Shown here piece after piece: positions 58,022 to 64,000 of a stretch of DNA of 64,000 bases. Made by a program: the position numbers and the translations under genes. The stretch spans positions 1,425,718-1,489,717 of the forward strand of contig NW_003314286.1 in the NCBI RefSeq assembly GCF_000143415.4, in the 5' to 3' direction. This DNA comes from Selaginella moellendorffii (lineage: Eukaryota; Plantae; Lycopodiophyta). Within the stretch, counting starts at the first letter, position 1. Every line of letters begins with the position of its first letter. The notes beneath the pieces were generated by a model, which was given only the letters and a program-made list of their open reading frames with translations, made no database searches and was not told where the DNA came from.

Positions 58022-59759
58022 ATGAAGAACTCTTTGGTATTCTTGTTGATCGTGATGGCACAATCTTTGCTGCAGGTGGAATCCAACTGTCAGGTAGTCC
58101 AACAAAGAGCAAAACAAAGGAAAGTAAGCTTGCCTTGACATTTTTTTCCAGACGGGCGAATGGATCAGCCACGGAGGAGATCTCAAGAATCGTCGCTTTG
58201 CAGAAGATGAGCACTTGATCAGCGTCTGGAGCGCGCCTCACTTAAGCGAAAAGTGGAGCTTTGACGCCGGCGCGGACATTTCGGCCACGCCGGCGATTTA
58301 CGACTGTGTTGTCTACTTCCCATCGTGGAACGGGCTTGTCTTCGCAGTTACCATCCACGGAGAACTTCTCTGGCGCGTCAACTTGACAAAAATCACGGGA
58401 GTTGCCACTTTGTCACGGACGACACCGGCTGTGACCGAAGAGTTCTTGCTGTATGGTTTGCTCGGTCCCGCTAGAGTTGTTGCTTTACACCGTAAGAGTG
58501 GAAGAATGGTGTGGATGTCAGAAGATCTGGATGAAACGCCCCTGGCAAGGATCACCATGTCAGGAACAGCATACGACGGGTAAGAAAACTTCCTTTCTTT
58601 TCTTTTTTTCTTTTCTTTTTTTCTGCTCTGGAGCACCTATCATTTTGGCAGAGCTTTCTACGTTGGTATATCTTCGCTCCAAGAGCTTGTGGAGGCAGCC
58701 TGTTGCACATTCCAAGGAAGCTTTCAGAAACTCGACCTCAAAACTGGAAAACGAATATGGAGAACTTCCATGGTTCCTGAAAACTCCAGTTTCTACGGTG
58801 TTACAGTATGGGGAAGCAGTCCTTCCATCGATCCCAAGCGAGGACTCGCCTTCATTGGCACTGGAAACCTCTACCAGATCCCGAGCGACGTCCAGGACTG
58901 CCTCAACAGAAACGCCAACTCGAGCGACTGCTATCCTCGCGGCGTCTGTGATGACGCCGTTGTAGCCGTGAACATGGCCGACGGTGAGATACGCTGGTGT
59001 AACAGGCTCGGAGGAAACGACGTATGGAGGCTTGCTTGTGACACAAATCCACCACCAGCAAACTGTCCACCTGAGCCTGGGCCGGACTACGACTTTGGAG
59101 AGTCGCCGATGCTCCTCACGATCCCAAGCCGTTTCTCCAAGAACAAGTTCCAAGATATTCTCGTCACCGGTCAGAAGAGCGGCATTGTTTGGGCTCACGA
59201 TCGAGACGACGGCAGCCTTGTCTGGGAAACGGTAACTCGAGCTCCTGTTGATATCTAGCTTGTCCTTCCTGGTCACCTTTTGTTTTCCTCCTGTTTTGTG
59301 AAGACTGCCGGACCTGGTGGCTCTGTAGGTGGAGCGATCTGGGGAGCCGCCACTGACAACCATCGAGTATACACCAACATCGCAAACTCTGACCGTGCTA
59401 CGTTCCACCTCGTTCCTTCCGGAGAAAGCACCACCGCTGGTGGCTGGGTGGCCATGGACGCCGCTACTGGAAGAATAGAATGGTCAACTGCGAATCCACA
59501 CGGTGCGCGAGCTTACGGGCCTGTGACTGTCGCCAACGGTGTGGTCTTCTGCGGATCATTCGACAAGGATGGTCATGTTCTCGCACTGGACGCAGAGAGT
59601 GGACGTATACTGTGGGAACGTACCACTGGTTCGACGGTCTACGGAGGACCCTCAGTCGGGCACGGGTGTTGGTTTATTGGAACGGGATACTCACGGGCTC
59701 CACTGGCTCCTGCGCTTGGAGGAACTCCCGGCTCCGAATTATATGCCTTCTGTGTATGA
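58022..59759 (+). CDS. Secreted PQQ-type beta-propeller protein (polyvinyl-alcohol-dehydrogenase-like)
   Basis: Signal peptide MKNSLVFLLIVMAQ.., 'W.SHGGDLKNRR', ISATP, 'VWGSSPSID..IGTGN', 'GPDYDFGESP', GQKSG, repeated A.D..G...W blades; 3 introns. Confidence 0.88.
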
Positions 59760-59904
59760 CATGATCAAGGCAGCACTAGATAGACGCACGTAATAACGTT
59801 CTCACAGTGTTCATAGCCGAAGTAGATGCTGTACCTGGAAGGTAGACCTCTTACATCTTGTGCAGCTTAAATCTTATACGACTAGAAAAGTTGACTGGGA
59901 CTTC

Positions 59905-60330
59905 TTGCAAAAACCTTCTTGCCGTCCTCCATGGATTCGAGAATCTGAGAATGTTAAAGTTAGAGCCACTCACAAGAGCTTAGAAGCACGTTTTGCGAAG
60001 TTTCGATGAAACTTCTCTACAATGTCCAGCAGAATGTCCCCTTAAATGTCGAGGCAATTTTCTTTCTCCGTCGGGCAAAGAACTTTGAGTCTGCTGTAGC
60101 TGTAATCCTGGTAGGAAACATGACTAGATATTTAAACCTATCAGCGGATTGTTAACAAACTTATTGATATCTTCTGTAAATTTACATGTGACTTCTTTGA
60201 GGAGGAGCAAACATTCGTTTTTCTTTTTGTTTTTCTCATAATAGGAGGAAAAATCAAGGGAGTTCTAAGTTATTTGAGACGATGAAACTGAGAGACGAAA
60301 ATGTGTGACAACTATCAAAGAGCTCGATTC
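59905..60330. pseudogene. Decayed DENR fragments (3' exons on minus strand ~59905-60090; small plus-strand piece ~60240-60330)
   Basis: Reverse-complement matches to ~61298-61495; direct matches to ~60976-61125. Confidence 0.75.
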
Positions 60331-60570
60331 TGAAAGCTGTGCAGCAGGATCTTGTAGAAGCCTAGGAACTAACATTGAGAAAGCCAAAAAATCGATACTT
60401 ATATTTCGTTTTTTCCTAAGGAATTGACCTAAAAGCTCTCTATTTATTTATCTCAGAAGAAATACTTCATGAACGTATTTCATTTAAATTAGCATAATAT
60501 TTTATGCATTTCTTGTTTGATTGTTTTTTTTTTGTTTTTAGGGTTCTTCGTTGGGGGTAGAGGGCGTGCC

Positions 60571-61505
60571 ATGGGCGACAAGGTCCAGGTTTTGTACTGC
60601 GCAGGTGATTTGTATGGTTTTTCTTTGCCGGATCATGCTAACTGTCCGACTCTAGTGTGTAGTTTGCCTCCTGAGTATTGCGAATTTGGACCGGACTTTG
60701 AGAAGTGCAAGCCCTGGCTCCTAGAGAATGTGCCTGACTTGTATCCGGAGCTTGCAAGAGGTACCTCGATTGATCGTCGTTAGTGTTGTGATTTTACCTT
60801 CTTTTTCTTCTTCACAGAGAGAGCTGAGCAGCAACTACAAGGATTAACTGTGAGCAATGAAAAGGGAGATAGCTCAAAGACACAAGGTACGTATGAGAGA
60901 GAGAGAGACGAGTAAATGTTCTTTTCTCTCTTTTTGTTTTATGTCATTTGTAGAAGAGGATGTGAAGAGATTACCCGGAGGAAAAATCAAGAAGAAGGTA
61001 ACGAGTTGGCAGTTCCATGAGACGATGAAACTTACGCTCTGCATTTCCAGGAAAAGCCCGCGGTTGTGGTCGAGAGAGTGACGAGAAACAAAAGGAAATG
61101 TGTGACAACTATCAAAGGGCTCGACATGTTTGGTAACAGGATTTGCTGCTTGCTTCGTCTACTGCATCTAGAAGAGCTTTTTGAATGTCTGAAGGTGTCA
61201 AGCTGGGGGAGGCATCGAAGAAACTCGGGAAGAAATTCGCAAGTGGTGCGTCTGTGGTGAAGGTGAGTGGGATTCTCACGCATGCTCTTTCTCGCGTGAC
61301 TCAAAAGTTCTTTTCAGGGCCCGACGGAGAAAGAACAAATCGACGTTCAAGGGGATATTCTGCTGGACATTGTAGACTTTATCACAGATACGTGGCAAAA
61401 CGTGAGTTCTTCTAGGCTCTTGTGCGTGCTCTAACTTAACATTCTCAGATTCCTGAATCGGCTATCTTCTTCATGGAGGACGGCAAGAAGGTTTCCGCAG
61501 GCTAG
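60571..61505 (+). CDS. DENR: DENR/TMA22 (SUI1-domain translation reinitiation factor)
   Basis: VLYC.VCSLPPEYCEFGP, KRLPGGK, RNKRKCVTTIKGL, KKFASGASV, EQIDVQGD. Confidence 0.92.
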
Positions 61506-61706
61506 CGTTTGTGTGTACTATGTGTTGGCCAGGCTAGCAATACAATGGGCTCAGAAGTCTTTTCTAGGTGTATAACAGGTTTAAGCTGTACAAGATGGAA
61601 GAGCGTGAGCTCCAACTTACAGGTACACCATCTAGAATATTGACTTCGGTTAGGAACACTGGGAGAAACTTGTTGCGTGCGTCTTTCTAATGCTGCCTTG
61701 ATAATG

Positions 61707-63420
61707 TCATACACAGAAGGCATATAATTCGGATCCGGGAGTTCCTCCAAGCGCAGCACCCAGTGGATCCCGTGAGTATCCCGTTCCAACAAACCAACAC
61801 TCGTGCCCGACTGAGAGCCTTCCATAGACCGTCGAACCAGTGGTACGTTCCCACAGTATACGTCCACTCTCTGCGTCTAGTGCGAGAACATGACCATCCT
61901 TGTCGAATGATCCGCAGAAGACCACACCGTTGGCGACAGTCACAGGCTCGTATGCTCGCGCACTGTGTGGATTCGCAGTGGACCATTCTATTCTTCCAGT
62001 AGCGGCATCCATGGCCACCCAGCCACCAGCAGTGGTGCTTCCTCCGGAAGGAACGAGCTGGAACGTAGCACGGTCAGAGTTTGCGATGTTGGTGTACACT
62101 CGATGGTTGTCAGTGGCGGCTCCCCAGATCGCTCCACCTACAAAGCCACCAGGTCCGGCAGTCTTCACAAAACAGGAGGAAAACCAAAGGTGACCAGGAA
62201 GGACAAGCTAGATATCAACAGGAGCTCGAGTTACCTTTTCCCAGGCAAGGCTGCCGTCGTCTCGATCGTGAGCCCAAACAATGCCGCTCTTCTGACCGGT
62301 GACGAGAATATCTTGGAACTTGTTCTTGGAGAAACGGCTTGGGATCGTGAGGAGCATCGGTGACTCTCCCAGGTCGTAGTCCGGCCCAGGCTCAGGTGGA
62401 CAGTTTGCTGGTGGTGGATTTGTGTCACAAGCAAGCCTCCATACGTCGTTTCCTCCGAGCCTGTTACACCAGCGTATCTCACCGTCGGGCATGTTCACGG
62501 CTACAACGGCGTCGTCACAGACGCCGCGAGGATAGCAGTCGCTCGAGTTGGCGTTTCTGTTGAGGCAGTCCTGGACGTCGCTCGGGATCTGGTAGAGGTT
62601 TCCAGTGCCAATGAAGGCGAGTCCTCGCTTGGGATCGATGGAAGGACTGCTTCCCCAAACTGTAACGCCGTAGAACCGGAATTTTCAGGAGCCATGTAAG
62701 TTTAAGTTCTCCATATTCGTTTTCCAGTTTTCGAGTTTCTGAAAGCTTCCTTGGAATGTGCAACAGGCTGCCTTTACAAGCTCTTGGAGCGAAGACATAC
62801 CAACGTAGAAAGCTCTGCCAGTATGATAGGTTCTCAAGAGCAGAAAAAAAGAAAAGAAAAGAAGTTTGCTTACCCGTCGTATGTTGTTCCTGACATGGTG
62901 ATCCTTGCCAGGGGCGTTTCATCCAGATCTTCTGACATCCACACCATTCTTCCATTCTTACGGTGTAAAGCAACACCTCTAGCGGGACCGAGCAAACCAT
63001 ACAGCAAGAGCTCTTCGGTCACAGCCGGTATCGTCCGCGACAAAGTGGCAACTCCCGTGATTTCTGTCAAGTTCGTGCTCCAGAGAAGTTCTCCGTGGAT
63101 GGTAACTGCGAAGACAAGCCCGTTCCACGATGGGAAGTAGACAACACAGTCGTAAATCGCCGGTGTGGCCGAAATGTCCGCGCCGGCGTCAAAGCTCCAC
63201 TTTTCTCTTAAGTGAGGCGCCCTCCAGACGCTGATCAAGTGCTCATCTTCTGCAAAGCGACGATTCTTGAGATCTCCTCCGTGGCTGATCCATTCGCCCG
63301 TCTGGAAAAAAAATGTCAAGGCAAGCTTATTTTCCTTTGTTTGGACTACCTGACAGTTGGATTCCACCTGCAGCAAAGATTGTGCCAGCACGATCAACAT
63401 GAATACGAAAGAGTTCTTCT
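61707..63420 (-). pseudogene. Inverted, disabled copy of the PQQ-propeller gene
   Basis: Original ATG changed to AAG; -5/+6/-1 indels with an in-frame TGA at 62685-62687. Confidence 0.8.
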
Positions 63421-63962
63421 TGGAGGGGGATTTGCGACTTTGCTCGAGAAAGAAAACTCAAGGCATGCAAATGCAGTCTTTCTTTGCTTTTCTAAGATTT
63501 CATTTTCGCGTGCTGGGTTTAGACAAAGACTTTTCTTCATGCCGTGCAACACCCTGTTTGCAACACAAAGACTTTTCACCACACAAAGAGCACTCCCCGC
63601 ATTCAAGTGCGGGTAACTGGATGCGTGCATTGTTGGTAGGCAAGGGGCTTGTCCTCTTCCTTGCTATCATAGATTGGCATCACTCCCATGTCAACGAGAC
63701 CACCATCTTGAGCATGGTTCCAGCCTCGGTCGTCCTCTTGTACTGCAAGCTTCTAGGAGGCGGAAGTCTCAAGCCCGCGACACGCTTGCTGGAGATTCCA
63801 TGACGAAATCGTTTTTCTTTTTGTGCACTGCCACCTTATGGTGATTCAACAACTATCTCTACTTACGCCGTTTGAAAGCGGGCCAAGGATTTGCAAGATG
63901 CTAAAGTTTGATTGATTTGTTTGAGAAGAACCATTGACCAGTTTTCATCCACTTGCCAGGAG

Positions 63963-64000
63963 GTTCGAATACCGTGGTACGCATGGGACTTCAACAAGCA
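63963..64000 (+). pseudogene. Start of a plus-strand copy of an SCPL-2 exon
   Basis: 36/38 identical to the reverse complement of ~41952-41990 (V.IPWYAWDFN). Confidence 0.75.

Larger units (their letters stand above)
52988..63963. repeat. Large inverted segmental duplication (left arm ~52988-60090 including the copia; right arm ~61298-63963)
   Basis: Reverse-complement identity of PQQ gene, its upstream region and DENR 3' exons. Confidence 0.9.

Noticed and set aside
53424-61505. Functional link between the copia uORF and neighbouring DENR (reinitiation factor)
   Set aside because: The insertion is recent and DENR acts in trans; proximity is most simply coincidence

Overview
Gene-dense eukaryotic (land-plant) nuclear DNA with very short (~50-80 bp) GT-AG introns and tiny intergenic spacers. 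The style suggests a lycophyte such as Selaginella, but this is inference and not provable here. From left to right: (1) nested, decayed Ty3/gypsy elements and an AT-rich decayed stretch (1-6.3 kb). (2) A block rich in metabolic enzyme genes: four intact MDR/enoyl-reductase-like genes plus fragments, CCoAOMT, a CYP72-clan P450, two aldo-keto reductases bracketed by two inverted tRNA-Ala genes, petC, peroxisomal thiolase and a GDSL lipase (6.5-28 kb). (3) A SAUL1-like U-box/ARM gene, a scrambled pseudogene mosaic and a PLS-E PPR gene (28-35.7 kb). (4) LON2, two serine carboxypeptidase-like genes, a GT47 gene, a U3 snoRNA with Pol III-type promoter, mitochondrial rpl34 and a LINE relic (35.7-53 kb). 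(5) A very young intact Ty1/copia element with identical 150-bp TG...GA LTRs, an ATGCA target-site duplication and an extra Arg-rich uORF, inserted into one arm of an inverted duplication of a PQQ-propeller (PVA-dehydrogenase-like) gene / DENR gene pair. Highlights: the copia's Rev-like uORF, two independent cases of reciprocal gene loss after local duplication, a gene-derived hairpin (possible proto-MIRNA), and a candidate metabolic gene cluster. CDS coordinates are first-codon to stop including introns, deduced by eye.
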